From Myxococcales bacterium (lineage in GTDB: Bacteria > Myxococcota_A > Polyangia > Polyangiales > Polyangiaceae), in contig JAYTOU010000091.1 in assembly GCA_043747615.1 (NCBI GenBank), positions 1-64,000 on the forward strand: DNA of 64,000 bases, given 5' to 3'. Each line of letters opens with the position of its first letter. Positions within the stretch are counted from its first letter, which is position 1. Made by a program: the position numbers and the translations under genes. Positions 39,418 to 49,712 of the stretch are shown here, in pieces. The notes under the pieces are model-generated. The model was not told the origin of the DNA, made no database searches, and worked only from the letters and a program-made list of their open reading frames with translations.

Positions 39418-39442
39418 GATGGTTCTCCGATATCTCGCAGAA

Positions 39443-42424
39443 TTACAGAGTGGGGTCGTAGAGGGTGACGTCGATGACGCGCCCGAAGCCCGAGCCCTGG
39501 CTGATGTTGACCTTCACGCCATTGGTGAGCGACGTGATGAAGTCGGGGTAGTTGTTGAAGGGGCTGTACCGGGTGATGATGCTGCAGTTCGCTGGATCGG
39601 ACACCCCGGGATGGTTCTTGAGCCAATCGAGGATGTAGCCGGCGGAGGTGTACATGCCCACGTTGAGCAAGTCGCCGTTGGGGGCCGCGCACATGAAGAC
39701 GTCGCCGAGGAAGTCTTGGGTCTCGGCGGCCAAGATCTTGACCGAGCACGGCTTGGCGGCCGTGGGGTGGCATTCGCTCCCGTCCGTGTTCGGTGCCGTG
39801 AGGTAATCGACGAGAATCGTCGTCGTGATACCCGAAAAGTCGAGCTGGTCGGTGGAGATCCACCGGTCGCGGGTGCCGCTGATCGGGATGGGGAAGCCGA
39901 TGCCGGGGCGGACGCCGGTCCAGGGAACGAGCACTTGGTAAGGGGTCGCCGTCGACGTGTTGTCGTACGGGTCTGCCTGGTTGGGGAGCTCGACCTTTGC
40001 GGCGAGGTCAAAGAGGCGGATGTCGAGCAACTTGAGCGGAGATGCACCGATGGTGAACGGCGTGGTCGAGAACGCGCCCGGGTATGCCGTGAGAATGGGC
40101 TGGCCGTTGCCGTCGAGAAGGTTGGCGCCCGCCGCGTCGGTCGGGGCATAGACTCCCCCGCAAACGGGGTCGGTACAGAACTTGGGCTTCAAAGGAGGCG
40201 GTGCGCCCACAGCGTTCGGATCTTTGCAGACGAAGCCGTAAGGCGCCGGCCCACAGCTGGCATCCGTGGTGCACGGACCAGCGGGGAACGGGGGAGGCGC
40301 TGTCGTCACCGCGCACGCGTAGCTGGAGAAGCCGTAGTTTGCGAGGACAGAGCTGCCGAAGAGGTTGGTGACCTGGAGGTTGTTCTGCGCGCCGAGATCG
40401 GCCGCTTTGTTCGTCGCCATGACGGCGTACATGGCTGCTTCTTCGCGCTCGAGCTTCAAGTAGAAGTTCGTGAACTTCTGGTTCGAGGTGAGGACGTCCG
40501 TACCGTATTCGAAATCGAGGGGCTTGTGCGTCGTGCCCATGTAGGCGCGCTCGACGTACTCAAGCTTGTCCTGGCCGGGGAGGCTGTCGAAGAAGAGCGC
40601 CTGGCTGTCGTAGGTCGTTGCGTGAACTTGCGCAGACGTCGGGTGACCGTTCGCCGGATCGCCGACCGGGAGGGCGAGCGAGACGCCGTAGGCCTTCAAG
40701 TACTTCACGAGCGCAATCGCCCAGAAGCGGAAGAAGTAGCGGCGATCGCGCACGTCCGGCGGAAGCGCGAAGATGTCGCCGCCACCGAGCGTCCGGGTTA
40801 CCTGGGCAAACGTGGTGTCGAAGGGTGAGCCAACTGCCGCTTCATCCGTAGCCGGGAAGTTCGGGAGGAACATGATTTTCGGGTCGCCCGGCTTCAGGTA
40901 CGAACGGTCGTAGGTGGCGAGCGCCTTCGCGTATCCCGTCTTCGGCTTGCCTGCGTACAGCTGGGCGGTGGCGGGCGGAGTGCCGACTGGCGCGACGCCC
41001 GGGTACATGAGGAACTCGATCCCGGTACAACCGGCCGCGGGAGTTACGCCGGTGCAGGCCGCGTCGCCGAGCGCGTGTCCGCCGGGCTTTCCAGCAGCGG
41101 CGAGCTGAGCGTTGATGTCGTCTTGCACGAGGCGCGCGAACTCGGCGTAGTAGGCCCCGGTCCCGTGGTTGTCGATCTTACCGTTCGCGCCGAGATCGTT
41201 CGCGATGGCGCCCTTCGCCCGAACGTCGACGTAGAAGTCGCTCGCAATGTCGGCGTCGGTCGGAACGTCCAGGTCGTGGATAATGTCGAAGGGGCCCTGA
41301 ACCTTCGTAAAGTTCTGGTTCACGCCGACGATGTTGAAGGCGAAGTCTTCGAGCGAGTGGGTGCGGCCGCCGAACATCTTGTTGAGGTTGGTCTTGTCGT
41401 CGACGGGGTTGCCGCTGACGTTGATGCAGTTCGTCAGGAACTCGCTCCACAGCATTCCCATGCGGATGTCGCAGAAGGGTAGGGTTCGGATGCCCGTTGT
41501 CGGATCACGCGGACCGACGTTGCCGCCGGCGGTGGGCCCTGCCGCGTCGATCTTCAGGTTCATGGGGTTGTTCGAGTAGGGCTCCGTCTTCACGTAGAAC
41601 GTGTAGATCGTTTCCAGCTTGCTCGGCACGGGCGGGGGGGCCGTTGCAGACGCCGCCTGCCAATAGAAGTTGATCGCGCGGACGCCCCACACGGGGTGAC
41701 CACTGTTGCCTGCGATGCTGAGGAGGCAGCCGCCGCTCGTTACGCAGTCGACGTCGTCCGGCGCGCCAAGGGGGTTGAGCGAGTAGAGGAGCGCGTCCTG
41801 GAGCTCGGTGATCTCGCCGTTGATCTTCGTGGGATCGTTCCAGTCGATCTGGAACGGCTTGCCGTCCTTGGTCGTCTGCTGGCCGATCTGCATCGTGTAG
41901 ACGTGGTTGTCGCCGAATTTCCCGCCGGTGCGGCTCTTGAACGTGCCGGGCGTCGTGGGCCCCGAGACCATGCCGGTGTACCCGCGGTTGAGGGCCATGA
42001 AGTTGACGATGTGCGTACCGAGGTCGTAGTCGAACTCGACCTCGCCGTTGTCGCCCCAGAAGCTGACGCCGTCGCCGCCGCTGTCGGCCTGGCAGTTGAT
42101 GAGCTCGGCGTCTTCCACGGTGAGCCCGATCCAGCTGTCGTCTTTCGCCATGTCGATGCCCGCGAACTTACGGGGCGGCGTAACGGGCTCGGCGAGCATC
42201 GCTGCCCAACGCTTGACCTTGGCGGGGCCGTCGCAGATCTCGTTCCTGCTCCGTCCGCCGAAGGTGGCGTTCGTGGGGGCGGTGACCGGATCGTGCGTGG
42301 AGCCGGTCCCGCTGTTGAACCCCGCTCCAGGAGCAACGGGCGAATACGTCTGGTTCGGCCCATCTTCGCACCCGGCGAGAAGGGACGCGAACACACTAAG
42401 GGCGACGACGCTGGCAACTCGCAT
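39443..42424 (-). CDS. Large hypothetical lipoprotein (993 aa)
   Basis: Lipobox LAG-C and AGGAG RBS; I recognise no catalytic motif. Confidence 0.8.
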   Translation of the reverse strand: MRVASVVALSVFASLLAGCEDGPNQTYSPVAPGAGFNSGTGSTHDPVTAPTNATFGGRSRNEICDGPAKVKRWAAMLAEPVTPPRKFAGIDMAKDDSWIGLTVEDAELINCQADSGGDGVSFWGDNGEVEFDYDLGTHIVNFMALNRGYTGMVSGPTTPGTFKSRTGGKFGDNHVYTMQIGQQTTKDGKPFQIDWNDPTKINGEITELQDALLYSLNPLGAPDDVDCVTSGGCLLSIAGNSGHPVWGVRAINFYWQAASATAPPPVPSKLETIYTFYVKTEPYSNNPMNLKIDAAGPTAGGNVGPRDPTTGIRTLPFCDIRMGMLWSEFLTNCINVSGNPVDDKTNLNKMFGGRTHSLEDFAFNIVGVNQNFTKVQGPFDIIHDLDVPTDADIASDFYVDVRAKGAIANDLGANGKIDNHGTGAYYAEFARLVQDDINAQLAAAGKPGGHALGDAACTGVTPAAGCTGIEFLMYPGVAPVGTPPATAQLYAGKPKTGYAKALATYDRSYLKPGDPKIMFLPNFPATDEAAVGSPFDTTFAQVTRTLGGGDIFALPPDVRDRRYFFRFWAIALVKYLKAYGVSLALPVGDPANGHPTSAQVHATTYDSQALFFDSLPGQDKLEYVERAYMGTTHKPLDFEYGTDVLTSNQKFTNFYLKLEREEAAMYAVMATNKAADLGAQNNLQVTNLFGSSVLANYGFSSYACAVTTAPPPFPAGPCTTDASCGPAPYGFVCKDPNAVGAPPPLKPKFCTDPVCGGVYAPTDAAGANLLDGNGQPILTAYPGAFSTTPFTIGASPLKLLDIRLFDLAAKVELPNQADPYDNTSTATPYQVLVPWTGVRPGIGFPIPISGTRDRWISTDQLDFSGITTTILVDYLTAPNTDGSECHPTAAKPCSVKILAAETQDFLGDVFMCAAPNGDLLNVGMYTSAGYILDWLKNHPGVSDPANCSIITRYSPFNNYPDFITSLTNGVKVNISQGSGFGRVIDVTLYDPTL

Positions 42425-42746
42425 GAATGCTCCTGGATGTTGAAGACGAGACAGGAATAAAAAGCTTCGATCGGTTGCTCACACCACGGGCGAACTACAA
42501 AAATATGGGATGGGTGCGAACCGGGCAGTTTGTCTCGCACGAAGAGACCTCCACCGCAACGACCTTGAGCAGTGAACGGTGCGGGCCGTTGATCCAGCGC
42601 ACGCGCCGGGAACTAATTTCCCTGCCGGAGCTCGCTCAATTAGCCCACGATTTCAAGGCAAATGCGCCGCCCCTATGCTGCCCCTATACCGTGTAGTCCG
42701 AGTCGCGGGGTGCGCCTGAGAGGGGATCGAATCCTTCGCAGCTCGC

Positions 42747-44912
42747 CTATGTGCGCTCGACGGCGACGACGCCCTCGACTTTTTGCAGCGCCTTGATGAC
42801 GGTTTTTAGCTGCGTGAGATCCGCGCAGACGAAGGTGAAAAGATTCACCGCGCGCCCGTCGTCGCCTGCGCGGCAGTTCGCTTCGCTGATGTTGATTCCT
42901 TGCGCGCTGAAGGTCTGACCGACGGTGGCGAGGATGCCCGGGCGGTTTGCCGTCATCACCCGCACTTGAACGCTGCGATTGATTTTAGCTTTGGAATCCC
43001 AGCTGATTTCGACGCGGCGGGCGGGGTCGGTGTCGAAGGCCTTCGGGCATCCGCGGCGATGAATGGTGACGCCGCGCCCGCGCGTGATGAAGCCGAGGAT
43101 GTCGTCGCCGGGTAGCGGGTTGCAGCATTTGGCATAACGGACGAGCACGTCGTCGATGCCATTGAGCTTGATGCCGGTGTCTTCGCCCTTGATGACTTTG
43201 CGAACGAGGTTCTCGATACGCCCTTCGCGAATTTGCCCGGGGACAACGCTCTCCCGACCTTCGTCATCGGGAGGGGCGACGAACGTGGTCACGTCCGCCA
43301 CCTTGATTTTCCCGTAGCCGATACCGATGAACATCTCCTCTTCGTTCGAGACCTTGAGGTGCTCGAGGAGCTTGCGTAGCTCGTTGTCGTTCTTGAGGAG
43401 CTTGTTGAGGCTGACGCTCGACTTGTGCAGATCGCGCTCGAGAAGCTCGCGTCCGAGGCGCAGGGACTTCTCGCGCTCGTCGGCGCGGAGGTAGTTGCGG
43501 ATCTTGGCGCGCGCCCGGGTGGTGCCGACGAACTCGAGCCAATCCTTCGAGGGATGCTGGTTCGGCCCGGTGACCACGTCGACGACGTCTCCGTTGCGGA
43601 GCTTGTAGCGCAGGGGCTCGAGCTTGCCGTTGATGCGCGCGCCGGTGATGTGCTCACCGAGCTGGGAGTGCACGGCGAACGCGAAATCGACCGGGGTGGC
43701 TCCGCGCGGGAAAACCCGCACGTCACCCTTGGGAGTGAAGACGTAGACCTCGTCTTGGAAGAGATCGACCTTCACCGACTCGAGAAATTCGGCCGGGTCC
43801 TTCAGCTCTTTTTGCCACTCCATTAGCTGACGGAGCCAACCGAACTTTTGGGCGTCTGCCTCGGCCACGCCGCCGCCGTGCTTCTCTTTGTACTTCCAGT
43901 GAGCCGCGATTCCGCGTTCGGCGACGCGGTGCATCTCGCTCGTGCGGATTTGGATCTCGATGCGCTCGCGCCCCGGGCCGACCACCGTCGTATGGAGCGA
44001 TTGGTACATGTTCGGCTTGGGCAGCGCGATGTAGTCCTTGAAGCGGCCGGGCACCGGGGTCCACTTGGAGTGGATCACGCCGAGCGCCGCGTAGCAGTCG
44101 CTCACGCTCTCCACGAGAACGCGAAACGCGATCATGTCGTGGATCTGCTCGATTTCGCAGTCCTGCGACTTCATTTTCCGCCAGATTGAGTAGAGGTGCT
44201 TCGCGCGACCGGTCACGTCGGCAGCGAACCCTTGCTCGGCGAGGCGCGAGGCGAGGGTCTTCGAGACGTCGGCGATGTACTTGTCGCGCTCCCGTTTCGT
44301 CTTGGCGACCGCTCCGGAGAGCTCGGCAAACGCCTCGGGCTCGAGGTACCGGAAGGAGAGATCCTCGAGCTCGCTCTTGAAATTCTGCATCCCCAAGCGG
44401 TTGGCGAGAGGGGCGTAGATCTCCATGGTTTCCCGGGCGATCCGCTCCTGGGCCTCGGGCTTCATGAAGTGCAGCGTGCGCATGTTGTCGACGCGATCGC
44501 ACAGCTTGACGAGCAGGACGCGGATGTCCTGGGCCATCGCCACGACCATCTTGCGGAAGTTCTCCGCCTGACGATCTTCCTTGGACGTGAAGTTGATCTG
44601 CGAGAGCTTGGTCACCCCGTCGACGAGGTGCGCGATCTCGAGCCCGAACTCTTTTTCAATATCCTTTGGGGAGGCGAGGGTGTCCTCGACGCAGTCGTGC
44701 AAGAGGCCGGCGCACACGCTGGCCGTGTCGAGCCGTAGCTCCGTGATGATCCCGGCGACGCTCGCGGGGTGCACGAAGTAGGGATCGCCCGACTTCCGCG
44801 TCTGGCCGGTGTGGGCCCGGAAGCTGAAGTCGTAGGCTCGTCTGATGAGGTCCGCGTCGGCCAGGGGCTGATACGACCGAACCCGCTGGATGATTTCCTC
44901 GACTTGGAGCAT
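42747..44912 (-). CDS. rel: Bifunctional (p)ppGpp synthetase/hydrolase (long RSH)
   Basis: Intact HD motif (LLHDCVED), RFKDY, YQSLHT, EIQIRT, TGS domain, CCNP and C-terminal ACT. Confidence 0.95.
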   Translation of the reverse strand: MLQVEEIIQRVRSYQPLADADLIRRAYDFSFRAHTGQTRKSGDPYFVHPASVAGIITELRLDTASVCAGLLHDCVEDTLASPKDIEKEFGLEIAHLVDGVTKLSQINFTSKEDRQAENFRKMVVAMAQDIRVLLVKLCDRVDNMRTLHFMKPEAQERIARETMEIYAPLANRLGMQNFKSELEDLSFRYLEPEAFAELSGAVAKTKRERDKYIADVSKTLASRLAEQGFAADVTGRAKHLYSIWRKMKSQDCEIEQIHDMIAFRVLVESVSDCYAALGVIHSKWTPVPGRFKDYIALPKPNMYQSLHTTVVGPGRERIEIQIRTSEMHRVAERGIAAHWKYKEKHGGGVAEADAQKFGWLRQLMEWQKELKDPAEFLESVKVDLFQDEVYVFTPKGDVRVFPRGATPVDFAFAVHSQLGEHITGARINGKLEPLRYKLRNGDVVDVVTGPNQHPSKDWLEFVGTTRARAKIRNYLRADEREKSLRLGRELLERDLHKSSVSLNKLLKNDNELRKLLEHLKVSNEEEMFIGIGYGKIKVADVTTFVAPPDDEGRESVVPGQIREGRIENLVRKVIKGEDTGIKLNGIDDVLVRYAKCCNPLPGDDILGFITRGRGVTIHRRGCPKAFDTDPARRVEISWDSKAKINRSVQVRVMTANRPGILATVGQTFSAQGINISEANCRAGDDGRAVNLFTFVCADLTQLKTVIKALQKVEGVVAVERT

Positions 44913-44973
44913 TCAAGTTGGCGATCTACGCCGCTTTTCAAAGTAACACTCCGCACGGAAAGAATCCACGTTC

Positions 44974-46140
44974 ATGGCCTCGGTTTACATCCATTTCCCC
45001 TGGTGCCTCGCAAAGTGCCCCTACTGCGACTTCGTGAGCTACGCGGCCCCCCGCGAGGAAATCGACCACCGCGGGTACGCTGACGCGGTGATCGCGGAGC
45101 TCGACGCGCGAGCCTTGGCGTGGGGCACGCCCGCCGGCAACGTGAAGACCATCTTCTTCGGTGGCGGCACTCCGAGCCTGTGGAGTGCAGCGGAGCTCGG
45201 GCGCGTCCTCGCACGCACAAAAGAGATCTTCGGGTGCGCGCCAGGCGTGGAGGTCACCGTCGAGTGCAATCCGACGTCACTCGATGAAGCAAAGGCCCGC
45301 GCGCTCCTCGACGTCGGCGTGAACCGCCTGTCGATCGGCACCCAGTCGCTCCGCGAAGAGCAGCTTAAGTTTCTCGGGCGTCTGCACGACCCAGGTGGGG
45401 CTCTTGCGGCGATCGATGGCGCCAAGGCCGCGGGCGTCTCCCGCATTTCGACCGATCTCATCTTCGGCCTCGCTGGGCAGCCACCCCAAGATGCGGCGGA
45501 TCAGGCCATTTTTCTGGCCGATCGGGGGATGAGCCACCTCTCTTGCTACCAGCTGACGATTGAAGCGGGGACGCAGTTCGGGGAGCTTGCGAAGCGGGGT
45601 CGCCTTCCTCTCGCAGACGACGGGCTCGTCGCCGAATCGTTTCTGGCCATCGACGAAGCGCTGAGCGCGCGAGGCTTTCGACACTACGAAATTTCGAACT
45701 ACGCGATGCCCGGCGAAGAGGCGCGCCACAACCTCGGCTACTGGCGCGGCGAGCAATACCTCGGGCTCGGATGCGGCGCCTTTGGTCAGATCGGTCGCAC
45801 CCGCTACCGAAACGCGATCGACCCGAAGAAATATCTCGCCGCGGCGAAGATCGTCCGTTCGGACATGGTCGGCCAAGGGGACGGGCTCTCCATGTCGAGC
45901 GAAGCGCTCTCGGGGGAGATGCTCCTGCGCGAACGGATCATGCTCGGCCTCCGCCTTGCGGGCGGGTTCGATCTCGAGGCGAGCGCGACGGAGCTCGGCG
46001 CCCTCGCGTGGCCGAAGGATCGCGAGCAGGCCGCTCGGAAGCTCATCGACGGTGGCAGGCTCGTTCGCGAATCGGGCCGGGTGTTCATCCCCAAGCCCGC
46101 TTGGCTGTGGACCGACGACATCGCCGCTCGGCTTTTCTAG
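44974..46140 (+). CDS. hemW: Radical SAM heme chaperone HemW
   Basis: YIHFPWCLAKCPYCDF, GGGTPS, YEISNY, HNLGYW. Confidence 0.9.
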   Translation: MASVYIHFPWCLAKCPYCDFVSYAAPREEIDHRGYADAVIAELDARALAWGTPAGNVKTIFFGGGTPSLWSAAELGRVLARTKEIFGCAPGVEVTVECNPTSLDEAKARALLDVGVNRLSIGTQSLREEQLKFLGRLHDPGGALAAIDGAKAAGVSRISTDLIFGLAGQPPQDAADQAIFLADRGMSHLSCYQLTIEAGTQFGELAKRGRLPLADDGLVAESFLAIDEALSARGFRHYEISNYAMPGEEARHNLGYWRGEQYLGLGCGAFGQIGRTRYRNAIDPKKYLAAAKIVRSDMVGQGDGLSMSSEALSGEMLLRERIMLGLRLAGGFDLEASATELGALAWPKDREQAARKLIDGGRLVRESGRVFIPKPAWLWTDDIAARLF

Positions 46141-46164
46141 GCATTTCATGGTAGATCGGCGCGC

Positions 46165-47640
46165 ATGATGCCCCGCGTCTCTGCGCTCGCCCTGTTGGTT
46201 TTTCTTTTTCCTCTCGGCGCGTCTGCGCAACCTGACGCCGGGCCAAAGACGGCTCCCAAGCCGAAGACCCCGGCCGCGCCCACCATCCCCGCGAAGACGA
46301 CGCAGCTCAAGCTCGACGTGCAGCGCGAGAAGCTCGAGAACGGTCTGCGCGTCGTCCTTGCTCCCGATCACACGTCGCCGACGATCGCGGTCGACGTCGT
46401 CTACGACGTGGGCGGGCGAAACGAAGAGCGCGGGCACTCCGGGTTTGCGCATCTCTTCGAGCACATGATGTTCCAGGGATCGGCGAACGTGCCGCGGGGC
46501 GAGCACTTCAAGCTCGTGACGAGCCACGGCGGAACGCTGAACGGCACCACCAACAGCGATCGGACGAACTACTACGAGCTACTGCCGCAGAGCGAGCTCG
46601 CCCTCGCCCTTTGGCTCGAAGCCGATCGCCTGAAGTCGCTCGACATTTCCGAAAAGAATTTCGAAAACCAACGCGCGGTCGTCAAGGAAGAGTACCGGAT
46701 GCGCGTCGAGAACGCGGCGTACGTGCCCGCGGAGATTCGTCTGCAGGAGCTTGTTTTTCAGGGGTATTGGCCGTACGAGCACTCGGCGATCGGGAGCATG
46801 CGTGATCTGGACGCCGCCAAGCTCGAGTGGGTGCGAGCGTTCCACGATTCGTACTACGCGCCGAACAACGCCGTCGTCTCGATCTCGGGTGACTTCGAGC
46901 CGACCGAAGCGCTCGCGATGGTAAAGCGGTACTTCGGCAACGCGAAATCGGTCGAGGTCCCCAAGTACGATTCGGCAAAGATGCCGGAGCAGACGGCGCC
47001 GCGCGACGAGGTCATCGAGGACCCGCACGCCAAGCTCCCGGCCATCTTCGATGGTTGGTCGATCCCCCCCGATCGCGATCCGGAGCACTACGCGCTCGTG
47101 ATGGCCTCCATGGTCCTCACCGATGGCGAGAGCTCGCGCCTCCATCGCTCGCTCGTGCGCGAGAAGAGCGTGGCCATCGAAGTGGAAGCGGGGACGAACA
47201 ACCACCGCGGACCCGACTGGCTCGAGCTCACGACGAAGCTCGCCGGAGGCACGAAAGCGGCGGAGGTCGGCAAGCTGATCGACGCCGAGATCGCGCGCTT
47301 TTCCGCGACGGGACCGACCGACGCCGAGGTCAAGAAGGCGCGGGCCCGCATGGAGGCTCACTTCGTTCTCGGGCTTCAGTCGAATTTTGCGCGCGCGCAA
47401 AAGCTCGCCGAGATGGAGATGTACGCCGGCGACGCGAACCTTCTCAACGGTGAGCTCAATCGCTTCCTCGCCGTCAGCGGCGACGACATGCGAAAGGCGG
47501 TCGCCAAGTACCTCACGAAGGCGCGGCGCACGCGCGTCGAGGTGAGACCCCCGGTGGATGCCGCCGCACACCCCGTCGATCCGAAACCGAAAAAAGACTC
47601 GTCGAAACCCGCGAGCCCTGCCCTACCGGTGAAAAAATGA
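46165..47640 (+). CDS. M16B zinc peptidase, catalytic subunit (exported)
   Basis: Signal peptide, GFAHLFEHMMF (HxxEH), YYAPNNA. Confidence 0.9.
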   Translation: MMPRVSALALLVFLFPLGASAQPDAGPKTAPKPKTPAAPTIPAKTTQLKLDVQREKLENGLRVVLAPDHTSPTIAVDVVYDVGGRNEERGHSGFAHLFEHMMFQGSANVPRGEHFKLVTSHGGTLNGTTNSDRTNYYELLPQSELALALWLEADRLKSLDISEKNFENQRAVVKEEYRMRVENAAYVPAEIRLQELVFQGYWPYEHSAIGSMRDLDAAKLEWVRAFHDSYYAPNNAVVSISGDFEPTEALAMVKRYFGNAKSVEVPKYDSAKMPEQTAPRDEVIEDPHAKLPAIFDGWSIPPDRDPEHYALVMASMVLTDGESSRLHRSLVREKSVAIEVEAGTNNHRGPDWLELTTKLAGGTKAAEVGKLIDAEIARFSATGPTDAEVKKARARMEAHFVLGLQSNFARAQKLAEMEMYAGDANLLNGELNRFLAVSGDDMRKAVAKYLTKARRTRVEVRPPVDAAAHPVDPKPKKDSSKPASPALPVKK

Positions 47641-49235
47641 TGCGCTTCGCGAAATCAGACGTGGTGAGATCCGACGTGGTGAGAAACGTGCGGCGGCTCG
47701 GTCTTGCAGGCTCCCTGATGTTTTTCCTCGGGTGCGGCGGCGGCGAGCAAGCCTCGCGCGGTCCTCAGCACGTCGACATTCCGGCCCGCGACACCACCGC
47801 CAAGCCGACGAAAGGAAGCGTGACCCCGGGCAAAGAATCGCCGCCGGGCGCCTCCGCGTCGAAGGAGTCCCCGTTTCCGAAGGTGGCCCGCGCGAAGCTC
47901 GCGAACGGGCTCGATGTCGCCGTCACCGAGGCGCACGCTCTGCCGATCGTCCAGATCCGGGTGCTCGTTCACGCGGGCACGGGGTACGGCCAAGGGGCGG
48001 GGACCGCGGAGCTCACGGCCGCGATGCTGAAGGACGGGGGCACGCGGACGATGACCAGCGCGCAGCTCTTGAACCGCGTGGAGAGCCTCGGCGCGAACCT
48101 CTCGGTCGACGTTGGCTTCGATGCTTCGACCTTCGGAATGGCGGTCACCAAGGATCATCTCGGTGAGGCGCTCACCATTTTGAACGAGCTCGTCCGCGAG
48201 CCACGCTTCGATGAAGGCGAGCTCAAGAAGCTGAAGGCGCGAGCGACGGACGAAGCCGAGGACAACGCTCGCTCGAACGGCACCTGGACGGCGACGCGCG
48301 TTCTGTTCCGCGAGCTCTACAGCCCGACCAACCCTTACGCGACGTACGGCCTCTCACCTTTCGAGATCGCGAAGATCGCGTTACCCGCGCTCAAGGATTT
48401 TCACCGTAGGTTTTACGTGCCGAAGAACGTCACCATCGTCCTCGCCGGCGACGTCGACGCCTCGGCCCAGAAGCTCGTGGAGGCGCGGTTCGGTGACTGG
48501 AAAGGGGGCGATCCTCCGAAGACCGACTTCCCGCCCGCCATCGTGGCAAAAGCGCGGCGGGTGGTCATTGCGGATCGTCCGAAGAGCGCGCAGAGCGACG
48601 TCTTCATCGTGAACCTCGGACCCGAACGAAGGACGTCGAATTGGCCTGCAGTTCGGGTCGCGAATCAAGTGCTCGGCGGCGGCGTCGCCAGCCGAATCTT
48701 CAACGACGTCCGCGAGCAGCGCTCCCTCGCCTACTCCGCGCGGTCGCAGATCATCGAGCTCGCGCACGGCGCGCAGCCCTTCGTCGCCTACGCCGGAACG
48801 GCTACACCCAAGACCGCGCTCGCGGCCCAAGGTCTCCTCGACAACCTCGAGAAGCTGCGAAAGTCAGGGCTCGACGCCGCGGAGACAGAGACCGCGCGCC
48901 GGTTCCTCAGCGACATCTTCGCCATCCGGATGGAGACGATTGGGTCGATCGCCGATCTCATCGTGCAAGCCGACACCCTCGGACTGCCCGACGGGTACTG
49001 GGACGTCTACCGCGGCGCCGTGCGAAGCGTGGATGCGACCGAGGCGGGCGCAGCGGGTGGCGCGCTGGTCAACCCCGATGCCGCTCTCATCGTCGTCGCG
49101 GGGGACGCGGAGATCATCGCGCCGGCCCTCGCGCACTTCGGCGAGGTGACGATCGTGAATCCCGAACAGGATTTCAAGACCACGAAGACCCTACCCGCAA
49201 ACGCCCAAGCGCCGCTCGAGATCACGAAAAAATGA
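47637..49235 (+). CDS. M16B peptidase non-catalytic partner subunit (lipoprotein)
   Basis: Lipobox FLG-C; M16 fold motifs without HxxEH; SRIFNDVREQRSLAY (R/Y pair); ATGA overlap. Confidence 0.85.
   Translation: MMRFAKSDVVRSDVVRNVRRLGLAGSLMFFLGCGGGEQASRGPQHVDIPARDTTAKPTKGSVTPGKESPPGASASKESPFPKVARAKLANGLDVAVTEAHALPIVQIRVLVHAGTGYGQGAGTAELTAAMLKDGGTRTMTSAQLLNRVESLGANLSVDVGFDASTFGMAVTKDHLGEALTILNELVREPRFDEGELKKLKARATDEAEDNARSNGTWTATRVLFRELYSPTNPYATYGLSPFEIAKIALPALKDFHRRFYVPKNVTIVLAGDVDASAQKLVEARFGDWKGGDPPKTDFPPAIVAKARRVVIADRPKSAQSDVFIVNLGPERRTSNWPAVRVANQVLGGGVASRIFNDVREQRSLAYSARSQIIELAHGAQPFVAYAGTATPKTALAAQGLLDNLEKLRKSGLDAAETETARRFLSDIFAIRMETIGSIADLIVQADTLGLPDGYWDVYRGAVRSVDATEAGAAGGALVNPDAALIVVAGDAEIIAPALAHFGEVTIVNPEQDFKTTKTLPANAQAPLEITKK
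47655..47684 (+). repeat. 15-bp tandem duplication in the signal-peptide region (SDVVR x2)
   Basis: tcagacgtggtgaga / tccgacgtggtgaga. Confidence 0.8.
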
Positions 49236-49528
49236 AACTCTCTGGATCTCATCAGCGACAGCTTCGCGCGCTCGGCCATCCTTTGAAGCCCGTTGTCGCC
49301 ATCGGAAAAGACGGTGTCACCGATGGACTCGTCGCCGCCACGCGCGCCGCGCTGCTCACCCACGAGCTCATCAAGGTGCGAGTTCTCACCGAGGCCCCGG
49401 TCGATCGTCACGAGGCCGCCGCGCTCCTCGCCGAAAGAGCAGAGGCCGCTCTCGCTCAGGTGCTCGGACGAACATTTCTCCTTTACCGAAGGCACCCTAA
49501 AAAACCGAAGATCGTGCTCGACGCCTGA
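49232..49528 (+). CDS. yhbY: Ribosome assembly RNA-binding protein YhbY (CRM domain)
   Basis: LRALGHPLKPVVAIGKDG..HELIKVR..QVLGRTFLLYR; ATGA overlap with the upstream gene. Confidence 0.9.
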   Translation: MKLSGSHQRQLRALGHPLKPVVAIGKDGVTDGLVAATRAALLTHELIKVRVLTEAPVDRHEAAALLAERAEAALAQVLGRTFLLYRRHPKKPKIVLDA

Positions 49529-49665
49529 GCCGTGCGGCTGTGGAAACATTGGGGGGAAGCGCTGAACAAGATCCGGGTAACCTGTGTTCACGCCTGGGTC
49601 GGGGTTCAGTGAAGTTCAGTGATCCTCAGGGCTTAGGCGAGAGAGCATGTCCGCGGTGGATGTAT

Positions 49666-49712
49666 GTACGATCTGTGGTGTCGATTTAGTGGACGACCAC
49701 TATACCTTGGGG
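49666..49712. promoter_or_regulatory. Tandem NrdR boxes upstream of nrdJ
   Basis: GTACGATCTGTGGTGT (49666-49681) and CCACTATACCTTGGGG (49697-49712) resemble acaCwAtATaTwGtgt and start 31 bp apart. Confidence 0.7.

Noticed and set aside
38795..40828. Long antisense or alternative-frame ORFs (677 aa here; also 54927-56705, 57879-59492, 6311-7843, 26096-27631)
   Set aside because: They overlap well-supported genes, lack recognisable motifs, and are expected shadows of GC-rich codon bias.
42655..42675. GG-N10-GC (GGCGGCGCATTTGC, minus strand) upstream of the large lipoprotein operon
   Set aside because: The -24 element matches TGGCAC poorly, and chance matches are likely in GC-rich DNA.
42700..42746. 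GGGGATCGAATCC resembling a tRNA T-arm or att site
   Set aside because: No cloverleaf or acceptor stem can be built and no integrase is nearby; more likely a small hairpin after rel.
46165..49235. Second M16 gene as a pseudogene because it lacks HxxEH
   Set aside because: Catalytic plus non-catalytic heterodimers are the normal M16B arrangement; the ORF is intact and keeps the R/Y motif.
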